Assembly: GCA_051746725.1 (NCBI GenBank)
Contig: JBNJFI010000022.1
Span: 2,237 to 27,055 of the forward strand
Reading direction: 5' to 3'
From: Fusobacteriota bacterium
GTDB lineage: Bacteria; Fusobacteriota; Fusobacteriia; Fusobacteriales; JBNJFI01
DNA: 24,819 bases
This document shows positions 9,129 to 17,238 of the stretch, piece by piece; position 1 is the first letter of the stretch; each line of letters starts with the position of its first letter. Below the pieces are notes generated by a model. It was not told the origin of the DNA and made no database searches. It worked only from the letters and a program-made list of their open reading frames with translations. A program made the position numbers and the translations under genes.

Positions 9129-9923
9129 CTAACTGAGATTAAAGTATTCTTTCAAATATATTCCAACACCATCTTCATCATTAGTTTTTGTTTTTATCTT
9201 TATCTTTTCATGCATACCCTCAGGAGCATTTTTCATTAAAACTCCTAAACCGACATTTTCTAACATTTCTAAATCATTATAATTATCTCCAAATGCCATT
9301 ACATTTTTTAGATTTATTCCCTTTTTATCTAAGACTTTTTTTAGAGTTTTTCCCTTTGAAGATTCAGAATTTAGAATTTCTAAAAAATGAGGCTTTGAGA
9401 AAGCTTTGTATATTTTATTTCCAAATTTTTCTTCTAATAAACCATTTATTTTAATCAATTTTTCATGATCTCCTATATACATTAATTTAGTAATGTCATT
9501 AATCTCTAAATCTTCAAAGTCTAAAATGTGATATTTTAGTCCCGATAACTCCTTATATATTTGAGCCTCTTCACGATTTGTTTCTATATACCAATTTTCA
9601 TCTTGAAACAAATTAAGGTGAACATCAAATTCTCTAGCAATTGAAATAACTTCTTTTACTATTTTATTATCAACTGTTATCTCGTCAATTCTCATATCTG
9701 TTTTCCCATCTATTACCATTGAACCATTATAGCATATAATAGGAGTTTCTAATTTTAATTCCTCTTTATATCTTGAAGTCGCTTTATAAATTCTCCCTGT
9801 TGCAATAAGAATATTAACTCCATTTTCCTTTAACTTAAATATTATCTCTTTATTAAACTTGGATATTTCACCTTTTGAATTTAACAAAGTACCATCTAAA
9901 TCTAAAACTACTGTGTTTATCAT
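9129..9923 (-). CDS. Cof-type HAD-IIB hydrolase
   Basis: DLDGTLL, ATGR, YNG, SKG, FGDNYNDLEML, NDEDGV; start overlaps the upstream stop (TAATG). Confidence 0.93.
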   Translation of the reverse strand: MINTVVLDLDGTLLNSKGEISKFNKEIIFKLKENGVNILIATGRIYKATSRYKEELKLETPIICYNGSMVIDGKTDMRIDEITVDNKIVKEVISIAREFDVHLNLFQDENWYIETNREEAQIYKELSGLKYHILDFEDLEINDITKLMYIGDHEKLIKINGLLEEKFGNKIYKAFSKPHFLEILNSESSKGKTLKKVLDKKGINLKNVMAFGDNYNDLEMLENVGLGVLMKNAPEGMHEKIKIKTKTNDEDGVGIYLKEYFNLS

Positions 9924-11809
9924 TAATTTCCCATCTCCTTAAGTTTATGTATCTTATACTCTAAGGCTAAATCTATTATATCTACATATAATATATCTTT
10001 TTTGAGATATTCTCCATAAGAAATAATATTAGCATAAAAATCCAAAAGAGACCAATTTTGTTTTCCAGAATCTACTTTTTTTAATGCACTTTCTGTTTTA
10101 TATAAATATTGAAACTCTGAACTTTTAGATATTTTTTTCAAATCTATAATGACTTTATCTCTTAACCAATTTTTATCTTTAAAATTTTCTTTATACTCTT
10201 TTTTGAGTTTTTCCAGTTTAAATATTGTAGAAAACTCCTCTGGTTGACCATATACTTTAAAAATCTCTTCAAATATTAACTCATCATGCATATCTAATTC
10301 TAGACGGTTTATTAATTTTTCCTTTATAAATCCATCTTTATTTGTATCTTTAAATTTTGCTAAAAAGCCTTCATGCAATTTTCTAAATCTAACTTTTTTG
10401 ACACTTTCCTTATTTTCTGAAAAATATAAATCCTTTGCATCATCCATTGTTAAATCTTCTTTATAATTTAAAAGATAGTCATATGATTCCTGTAAACCAT
10501 AATATACTTTTTGAAAATCATCTTTTGAAATATCATTATTCCTTAAAATCTCGATTATTGGTATAAATATTTCGATTATATAATCAGCAATTAATATTAT
10601 CGTAGATCTCTCTTCGTTTTGACTTTTTTTAAAAATTCCGTCATAATTTTGTAAAGAGTAAAACAGTTGTTCCTTATTTTTTTCTAAAACAAAAAAGGCA
10701 TCTGAATATTTCTTAGGCAAAAAAGATATCTTGCTTTTTAGTAAGTTTAGTTTTTTTAAAAAGCTATTTTCATACCAAACTTTAACTCCTTTTTCAAACT
10801 CATCAATTTTTTCTTTTTTCATATAATTTTCTATTTCTACTATTATTAAAAAATCATAATTAAATTTTAGATCTGTTACTTTTTCTATTATTTCCTTTTT
10901 TTCTAACATTTCAATATCTGCTTTTTTTCTTCGATCTACCTTCTCAAGTTTTTCTAGATTTTTTTCTACCTCATTATCGATCTTCATTCCCTCTTCTAAT
11001 TTTGATCCATCTTCCGTTTTCACTCGGTTTATAAAATCAATTATTCCATATTTAAAACCTAGATCCTCTTTTTTGAGTTCACTTTGAAAATATTTATGAT
11101 CTAGAAAAAATATATATAGATCAGCAGTTGTTCTTTTGGATTCTTTAGGAAGTAATTTATTTTTTTCTAAAATTTCTATACATGGTTTAAATACACATTT
11201 ATACCATCTATGTGCAGCTTCTTTTATATCTACTTCTAATAATTCTTTGTTTTTCAGATATTCCTGATGATCATATATCTCTTTTTTAAGTCTATCATAT
11301 TGACCTGTTTCAGTAAAAAATATACCTGATAGATCTGTTAATTTTTCAAACATTATTTTTTCTCTATATATCATATCCTCTTTTGTATCTCCAGAGGGAA
11401 TAAACTCTCTAACTTCTGCTTCTATCCTTTTAAAATCAAGATAATTTGCCACCGATATCCTGTGATTTCCATCATAAACAAAATATTCTTCTTTTATTTT
11501 ATATAAATCAACTGGTGGAAGAGATACATTATTTAAAAATGCCATATATATCCTACACCATCTATCTTCTATTATTTCAGTTTTAGGTACAAAATTTTCA
11601 TAAAAATCAGTATACTTTTGTACACTTCCAACTATATCTTTTATTTCTACACTTTGAATTCCATTATTGTTACTACTATAGGCTTCTGCTTCTTTTTGTT
11701 TTTCTGAAAAACTTTCTAAGCTATCTAATTTAGAAAATACTCCAAAAATTCCAGTAGCTTCTTTCTTAAATTTTCTATATTCTGCCCGCGCTTCTGCGTA
11801 ATTAACCAT
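9923..11809 (-). CDS. ParB/sulfiredoxin-fold N-terminal domain protein with DUF4032-like helical repeats
   Basis: IVGSV, RW, LPPVDLYKI..EYFVYDGNHRISVA...IEAEV (ParB/Srx signature); later EAAHRWY..VFKP.IEIL...RTTADLY...DHKYF resembles DUF4032; AGGAG RBS. Confidence 0.75.
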   Translation of the reverse strand: MVNYAEARAEYRKFKKEATGIFGVFSKLDSLESFSEKQKEAEAYSSNNNGIQSVEIKDIVGSVQKYTDFYENFVPKTEIIEDRWCRIYMAFLNNVSLPPVDLYKIKEEYFVYDGNHRISVANYLDFKRIEAEVREFIPSGDTKEDMIYREKIMFEKLTDLSGIFFTETGQYDRLKKEIYDHQEYLKNKELLEVDIKEAAHRWYKCVFKPCIEILEKNKLLPKESKRTTADLYIFFLDHKYFQSELKKEDLGFKYGIIDFINRVKTEDGSKLEEGMKIDNEVEKNLEKLEKVDRRKKADIEMLEKKEIIEKVTDLKFNYDFLIIVEIENYMKKEKIDEFEKGVKVWYENSFLKKLNLLKSKISFLPKKYSDAFFVLEKNKEQLFYSLQNYDGIFKKSQNEERSTIILIADYIIEIFIPIIEILRNNDISKDDFQKVYYGLQESYDYLLNYKEDLTMDDAKDLYFSENKESVKKVRFRKLHEGFLAKFKDTNKDGFIKEKLINRLELDMHDELIFEEIFKVYGQPEEFSTIFKLEKLKKEYKENFKDKNWLRDKVIIDLKKISKSSEFQYLYKTESALKKVDSGKQNWSLLDFYANIISYGEYLKKDILYVDIIDLALEYKIHKLKEMGN

Positions 11810-11818
11810 TTTTTCTCC

Positions 11819-12415
11819 TTATATTTCTACGTTTATAATTTTATATCCATAGGCATTTACTATCCTTGTTCCATTTACTATGGTTTCCTGTTTTTTCATG
11901 TGACTCCGTAAATGGATATGTCCATGGATCCATAATTTTGGTGATATATGATCTAATAACCATTGAAAGCTTTTAAAACCTTCATGGACAACATCATCTA
12001 CATCATGTATTCCTTTTATTGGAGCATGGGTTAAAATCACATCAGGTTTATTAAAAAGTATGTGTGGTGAATTTTTTAATATTTTCCACATCATCTCACT
12101 TTCTGTATATTGATGTTTCCCACCAGAATATAACATCGATCCATCTAATCCTAAAAATTTTATCCCTTTTTTCTTAAAAGTTTTTCCATTTATTTTATGA
12201 CAAAATGGAATCTTATGGTCCTTTGAATACGTATGATTTCCATCAACATATATCAAATCTTTTCCTATAATTGTGAATACATAATCTAGATATTTATTAC
12301 TTAAATCTCCTGCAGATATTATTAGATCGATATCTTTGAACTTTTGTTTTAATGTTTTTATGGGATACTTATATAATACCTCTGTATCACTTATCAATAA
12401 TAATTTATATTTCAT
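11819..12415 (-). CDS. Calcineurin-like metallophosphoesterase
   Basis: Motifs ISDTE, AGDL, DGNH, THAP, HGHIH. Confidence 0.88.
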   Translation of the reverse strand: MKYKLLLISDTEVLYKYPIKTLKQKFKDIDLIISAGDLSNKYLDYVFTIIGKDLIYVDGNHTYSKDHKIPFCHKINGKTFKKKGIKFLGLDGSMLYSGGKHQYTESEMMWKILKNSPHILFNKPDVILTHAPIKGIHDVDDVVHEGFKSFQWLLDHISPKLWIHGHIHLRSHMKKQETIVNGTRIVNAYGYKIINVEI

Positions 12416-13928
12416 AATTTTTTTTATCCCTAATTTCTTTTAAACTTATTCCAATTTCATCTACAATTTTCATTGGAGTCAAAGACTCCTTTGATATTTT
12501 ATTCAATAATTTTTTCCCTATATATGAATGAATAAAAACTCCAACTTTAGAAGCTTCTAGAAGCGAATAATTTTGAGATACTAAACTGGTAATCATCCCA
12601 GCTAATATATCTCCCATTCCTCCAACAGACATACCTCCATTTGCACAACTATTTATATAAGTTTTTTCTTTATCTGATATGACTGTAGCTGGACCTTTTA
12701 AAGTTAAAATAACAGAATGTTCTTTTGTGAACTCTTCCGCACAATAGACGATATTAGTAAAGTCCTTTTCATCTTCATAGAACCTTTTGAACTCCCCCAT
12801 ATGAGGTGTTAGAATTATATTTTTATTATTAATAATATCTATATCATCTTTTATTGCAAATAAACCATCTGCATCTAAAATTATATTTTGATCTTCCAAG
12901 TTGTTTATGAGTTTCTTGATTAATTTTATTGTCTTTTTTCCACGACCAATTCCTGGCCCTATCAATATAGTATTTATATTTTGAGCTTTCAAAAAATTCA
13001 CTATATCAATATATGCTTTATCTGAAATCTGGATATCTGAAGTTTCTGGTAAAGGTAAGGTCATTATCTCATCTGTTTTCAATTCGAATATATTATTTAA
13101 ACTTTCAGGAATACCTAAGGTTACAAGGCCTGCACCCATATTTAAACAAGAAACCCCTGCCATATAAGTGGCTCCTGTAAAACCAGGATTCCCTCCTAAA
13201 ATTAAAACTTTTCCTGCTTGACCTTTATGTCTAAAATCATTTATCTTTCTTAATTCAATCTCTTTTTTGCAAACAACTTCCCTTTTTTGACTTTCTATTT
13301 TTTCATCAATTATTTTAGGAATCCCTATATCAACTAATTCTAAATTATTATTATAGGCTCTTCCAGGATATAGAAAATGTCCTAGTTTGGGTTTATCAAA
13401 AGTCACAGTCATATCAGCTTCAACTGCTATATTATATACTTTTCCACTATCAGAACAGATTCCGCTGGCGATATCTACAGATACAGTCTTGGCTAGGTTA
13501 CTGTTTATCTTTTTTATAATATCAAAATACCTTCCTTTTATATCTCTATCTAGACCAATTCCAAATATTCCATCTATTATTATATCATAGTTTTTAGTTA
13601 TATCTTCAACAAAAGGAATATTCAACCTTTTACATATATCATAATTACATTTAGCATCTTTTGCTAAACTTTTTTGCTCACCTATAAATAATAACTCAAC
13701 AGATTCTACTCTATTAGCTAATCCCCGGGCTATTGCAAATCCATCTCCACCATTGTTTCCAGGTCCACATACTATTAATACAGACTTTTTCTTTAAATTT
13801 TTATATCTCTTAGATATTTTTTCTATGGTCCCAAGAGCTGCATTTTCCATAAGTAAAATTCCTGGGATATAATTATCTATAGTCATAGAATCCCGATCTT
13901 TTGATTGTCTAGCTGTCAGAATTTTCAC
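12405..13928 (-). CDS. nnr: Bifunctional NAD(P)H-hydrate epimerase/dehydratase (NnrE-NnrD)
   Basis: YjeF-N motifs LMENAA, GPGNNGGDG, DGIFGIG, VDIASG; dehydratase motifs HKG..G, GPGIG, LDADGL, LTPHMGEF, GGMGDILAG; GTG start with AGGAGG. Confidence 0.94.
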   Translation of the reverse strand: MKILTARQSKDRDSMTIDNYIPGILLMENAALGTIEKISKRYKNLKKKSVLIVCGPGNNGGDGFAIARGLANRVESVELLFIGEQKSLAKDAKCNYDICKRLNIPFVEDITKNYDIIIDGIFGIGLDRDIKGRYFDIIKKINSNLAKTVSVDIASGICSDSGKVYNIAVEADMTVTFDKPKLGHFLYPGRAYNNNLELVDIGIPKIIDEKIESQKREVVCKKEIELRKINDFRHKGQAGKVLILGGNPGFTGATYMAGVSCLNMGAGLVTLGIPESLNNIFELKTDEIMTLPLPETSDIQISDKAYIDIVNFLKAQNINTILIGPGIGRGKKTIKLIKKLINNLEDQNIILDADGLFAIKDDIDIINNKNIILTPHMGEFKRFYEDEKDFTNIVYCAEEFTKEHSVILTLKGPATVISDKEKTYINSCANGGMSVGGMGDILAGMITSLVSQNYSLLEASKVGVFIHSYIGKKLLNKISKESLTPMKIVDEIGISLKEIRDKKNYEI

Positions 13929-13957
13929 ATTTCCTCCTATCTATAAGGTAGATATTT

Positions 13958-14854
13958 TTATACATCTATATGATAACCAACATCTTTCAAAAAAGGTTTT
14001 TTCTTTCTCCACTTTTTCTTAACTTTAACCCATAAATTAAGGTAAATCGTCTCTCCTAAAACTTCTTCAATTTCTTTCCTTGCTTCCATACCTATTCTTT
14101 TTATCATTTTTCCATTCTTTCCTATTACTATTCCTTTTTGTGAATCTCTTTCTAAATATATATTAATATCGTATCTGTTTTTGTGCTTTTTCTTTCTTTT
14201 TTCAACATTTATTATTTCTAAAGCAACACTATGTGGAATTTCATCCCTTGTATACCAGAGTATCTTTTCTCTAATCAATTCTGTTATTACTTTATACATA
14301 GGCATATCTGTATACATTTCTTCAGGATAATACATTGCTCCTTCTTCTAAATATTTTTCCAAAGTTCTAAGCAACAAGTCCACATTGATTCCATCTTTTG
14401 CTGATACTTCCATCATTTCATGAAAAAAGCCTAATTTTTTTTCTATATTTCTCTTTTTTTCTTTTACTTCTTCATTAGACATCAAATCAACTTTATTTAT
14501 TAACGCAATTCTAGGAACATTTTTTGCTTCTTTTATTCTTTCGAAAACAAATTTATCACCGGGACCTATTTTTTGTTTCCCATCTAATACCATTAAAATA
14601 ACTTCAACTTCTTTTAATATATGTAGAGCTGAATTAGTCATATATTCTCCAAGTTTATGCTTGGGTTTATGAATCCCAGGGGTGTCAATAAAAATAAATT
14701 GATTATTCCCTTTATTTACTATTCCTCTTATGTTATCCCTTGTTGTTTGGGCTTTATCGGAAGTTATTGCCACCTTTTCTTGTACTAATTTATTTATTAA
14801 AGTTGATTTTCCTACGTTTGGTCTTCCTGATAAAGATATAAAACCTGATTTCAC
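13958..14854 (-). CDS. era: GTPase Era
   Basis: GRPNVGKST, QTTR, DTPGIHKP, NKVD, SAK; KH domain SQKGIVIGKNG; GTG start with AGGAGG. Confidence 0.97.
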   Translation of the reverse strand: MKSGFISLSGRPNVGKSTLINKLVQEKVAITSDKAQTTRDNIRGIVNKGNNQFIFIDTPGIHKPKHKLGEYMTNSALHILKEVEVILMVLDGKQKIGPGDKFVFERIKEAKNVPRIALINKVDLMSNEEVKEKKRNIEKKLGFFHEMMEVSAKDGINVDLLLRTLEKYLEEGAMYYPEEMYTDMPMYKVITELIREKILWYTRDEIPHSVALEIINVEKRKKKHKNRYDINIYLERDSQKGIVIGKNGKMIKRIGMEARKEIEEVLGETIYLNLWVKVKKKWRKKKPFLKDVGYHIDV

Positions 14855-14909
14855 TTTTTCCTCCTATTATTTTCCTGATTTCATTACAAAATTAATTCTA
14901 TTATGTTAT

Positions 14910-14938
14910 ATTATATCATATAAAAAAGCTCTAAGCAA
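14910..14938 (-). promoter_or_regulatory. Sigma70-type extended -10 promoter for the era...dnaE unit
   Basis: Minus strand TTGCTT (14938-14933), 17-nt spacer ending TGA, TATAAT (14915-14910). Confidence 0.7.
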
Positions 14939-14940
14939 AC

Positions 14941-14971
14941 AAAAAAGGCCATAAACATTATAGCCTTTTTT
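14941..14971 (-). terminator. Intrinsic terminator overlapping the TPR gene stop codon
   Basis: Minus strand AAAAAA-GGCUAUAA-UGU-UUAUGGCC-UUUUUU (stem 14965-14947, U tract 14946-14941). Confidence 0.75.
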
Positions 14972-15431
14972 GAACTTCTTTTATATTATTTTTGATTATT
15001 TCATCATCTGGTTTCTTTTCTTGTAATATCTTCAAATTTTCATATGCTTTTTTGTATTCCTTCTTTTTTATATAAATATTAGTTAAGTTATATCTACTAT
15101 AGAAGTTATCAGGATTTCTATTCAAAGATTCTATAAAGTATCTTTTAGCATCTAAGTTTTGATCTCTTTCATAACAGCATAGTCCTAAAAATTCATATAA
15201 AAGACTTTCAGAAATTATGTTTTGCTCATTATCACTTATTAAAAATTTGAAAATATCATATGCTTTTTTATATTTTTTATATAATATATATATTATTCCT
15301 TCTAAAAGTTTAGCTTCTTTTGATTTCTTATCCTTTAATAAGCTAAATGCTTCATATAAATTTCCACTGGCTATTAACTCTTTTTCTTTTATATATTCAG
15401 ACCCTAGGTTTTTAAAAATCTCGTCAAACAC
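14958..15431 (-). CDS. Tetratricopeptide repeat protein
   Basis: TPR-like helices (LLYEFLGLCCYE...AKRYFIESLNRNPDN; RYNLTNIY..KKEYKKAY.NL..LQ.KKPDD). Start uncertain: GTG at 15431 (GGTGA upstream, just past the xerD stop) preferred over ATG at 15455. Confidence 0.78.
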   Translation of the reverse strand: MFDEIFKNLGSEYIKEKELIASGNLYEAFSLLKDKKSKEAKLLEGIIYILYKKYKKAYDIFKFLISDNEQNIISESLLYEFLGLCCYERDQNLDAKRYFIESLNRNPDNFYSRYNLTNIYIKKKEYKKAYENLKILQEKKPDDEIIKNNIKEVQKRL

Positions 15432-15432
15432 A

Positions 15433-16296
15433 TCAATCACCAATCCCCACTTCATTATATTTGCTTTTTATTTTTCGTTTTGTCAAATGAGTATATATCT
15501 GAGTTGTCGCGATCTTACTATGTCCTAATATTTCTTGTACTATCCTAATATCTGCACCATTTTCTAGCATCTGGGTAGCTACTGTATGACGAAATATATG
15601 AGGATATACATTCTTTTTTATTCTAGCCTTTTTTGCATATATTTTTAATCTTCTCCAAAAATTTTGCCTCGATAATCCAGGGAAAATCTCCTGTTCATTG
15701 CTATCTTTTATCACTTTTTTTCGAATGTTTTCAATATAAAATCTTAACTCTTCTTGGATTTTTTCATATAAGGGCACAACACGTACTTTGCTTCCCTTTC
15801 CCAAAATTCTTAAAAATTCAAAATTTTCATCCATATCTTTAATCTGTAAATCTAATATCTCAGTAATTCTTCCCCCTGTTGCAACTAATAATTTTATTAC
15901 GATTCTATCTCTTTTCCCCTTAAATGAATTATCAGTGGCATCAATTATATCTTTTATCTCTTGAACAGATAAAACTTCAGGTATATATTTTCCTTTTTTT
16001 ATGTTTTTTAAATTCTTCGTGGGGATATCATCTACTAAAGAGTTTTTGAATAAAAATTCATAGAAAACTTTTAAAGTCGTTATTTTACGATATATTGTCC
16101 TAGACTTATACTTAGTCTTCATATCTTCGACATAACTTAAAATATCTTTTTCTCTAATTTCGTCATAATTTTTTTTATCAAAAAATTTAAAAAAGAGATC
16201 CAAATCTAAATCATAACTTTTAATTGTGTTTTCAGCTAATCCTTTTTCAAACAAAAGATAATCTTTAAAGTCTTCTTTCATCTCCTTATTCCCCAT
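15433..16296 (-). CDS. xerD: Tyrosine recombinase, XerD-like
   Basis: N-terminal EKGLAENTIKSY..DL; catalytic R (TGGRITE), K (GKGSK.R), HIFRH, LGH, TTQIYTH; LENGADIRIVQEILGH typical of Xer. Confidence 0.85.
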   Translation of the reverse strand: MGNKEMKEDFKDYLLFEKGLAENTIKSYDLDLDLFFKFFDKKNYDEIREKDILSYVEDMKTKYKSRTIYRKITTLKVFYEFLFKNSLVDDIPTKNLKNIKKGKYIPEVLSVQEIKDIIDATDNSFKGKRDRIVIKLLVATGGRITEILDLQIKDMDENFEFLRILGKGSKVRVVPLYEKIQEELRFYIENIRKKVIKDSNEQEIFPGLSRQNFWRRLKIYAKKARIKKNVYPHIFRHTVATQMLENGADIRIVQEILGHSKIATTQIYTHLTKRKIKSKYNEVGIGD

Positions 16297-16300
16297 AAAT

Positions 16301-16759
16301 TTACTCCAATGCTATATTTATTTCGAAATCTCCTAAAGAGCTTTCCACAGGAACAACTATTGTTTGTATATCTGTTGCTGATATAGAAACATTAGATCCA
16401 GTTATTAATGTTGGTGGAGATATATCGACATCCAAACCTTGTCCTGCTAATTTTGTACTTGCAGTTCCTGTTATCATATTTCCTAGCTCAGATATGGCAC
16501 TTTTAGCCATCTCGTCAAATTCTTCAACTGGCATTCCCATCATCATTTTTTCTGCTAACTTTTTTGCTGCTTCAATTGATAAACTATAAACAACCTGACC
16601 CTTTACTTCTCCTACAACTCCAACTAATACTGTCACTCCATAGCTCGGTACAGGTTCATTTTTCATCTGTAACTTCCCTTTTTTAGGAGATACAGAGGCA
16701 ACTTGTTTTAGTATATCAAAGGTAGCTTCAATAAACGGATTTATATATTCTACTTTCAT
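16301..16759 (-). CDS. cheX: CheX-family phosphatase
   Basis: YINPFIEA N-terminus, VGVVGEVKG, SAISELGNMITG (ExxN), ISPPTLITG. Confidence 0.92.
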   Translation of the reverse strand: MKVEYINPFIEATFDILKQVASVSPKKGKLQMKNEPVPSYGVTVLVGVVGEVKGQVVYSLSIEAAKKLAEKMMMGMPVEEFDEMAKSAISELGNMITGTASTKLAGQGLDVDISPPTLITGSNVSISATDIQTIVVPVESSLGDFEINIALE

Positions 16760-17238
16760 TAACTATCCCCCTCTTTCTCTCTTTCTTTCAATGCCATATG
16801 TACACACATTTCCCCTAAATCTTTAATATATGTGTCTATTTTATATATCGGCTTTATTTTAGTAGACATACTCATATTTTCCCCCATTATCATTGACGGA
16901 GGAGACATTCCCAATTTATCAGATCCAGCATCAACTAAATCCATAGTTACATGACCACCTAATACATTTGCAAATTCAGATACAGCACTTCTAGATAATT
17001 CATCAAACTCATCCATATCTTGTTCTATTAAAATACTGGCTATTTTCAAAGCCAAACCATCTTTAAAATCAAAAATCAGTTGTCCAGCAATTTCCCCACC
17101 TATTCCGACAATAATTGCAAACTCGTTTATATGCAAAGGTGAACTTTCCTCTATAACCTCATCCATCGTTACATCTTTTCCTAACATTTCTATTGCAGTA
17201 TTTCTAATTGCCTCTTGTGTAATTTTTTTATAATCCAT
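16759..17238 (-). CDS. cheX: Second, more divergent CheX-family phosphatase
   Basis: VGIGGEIAG, SAVSEFANVLGG (ExxN), MSPPSMIMG; stop overlaps the next start (TAATG). Confidence 0.82.
   Translation of the reverse strand: MDYKKITQEAIRNTAIEMLGKDVTMDEVIEESSPLHINEFAIIVGIGGEIAGQLIFDFKDGLALKIASILIEQDMDEFDELSRSAVSEFANVLGGHVTMDLVDAGSDKLGMSPPSMIMGENMSMSTKIKPIYKIDTYIKDLGEMCVHMALKEREKEGDS

Noticed and set aside
9923..11809. Chromosome-partitioning ParB
   Set aside because: No recognisable HTH/dimerisation region, no parA, no parS-like palindrome noticed; the C-terminal ~490 aa are unrelated.
15433..16296. Tyrosine recombinase as a prophage or island integrase
   Set aside because: Xer-like length and motifs, embedded among housekeeping genes, with no att repeats, tRNA or phage genes seen.
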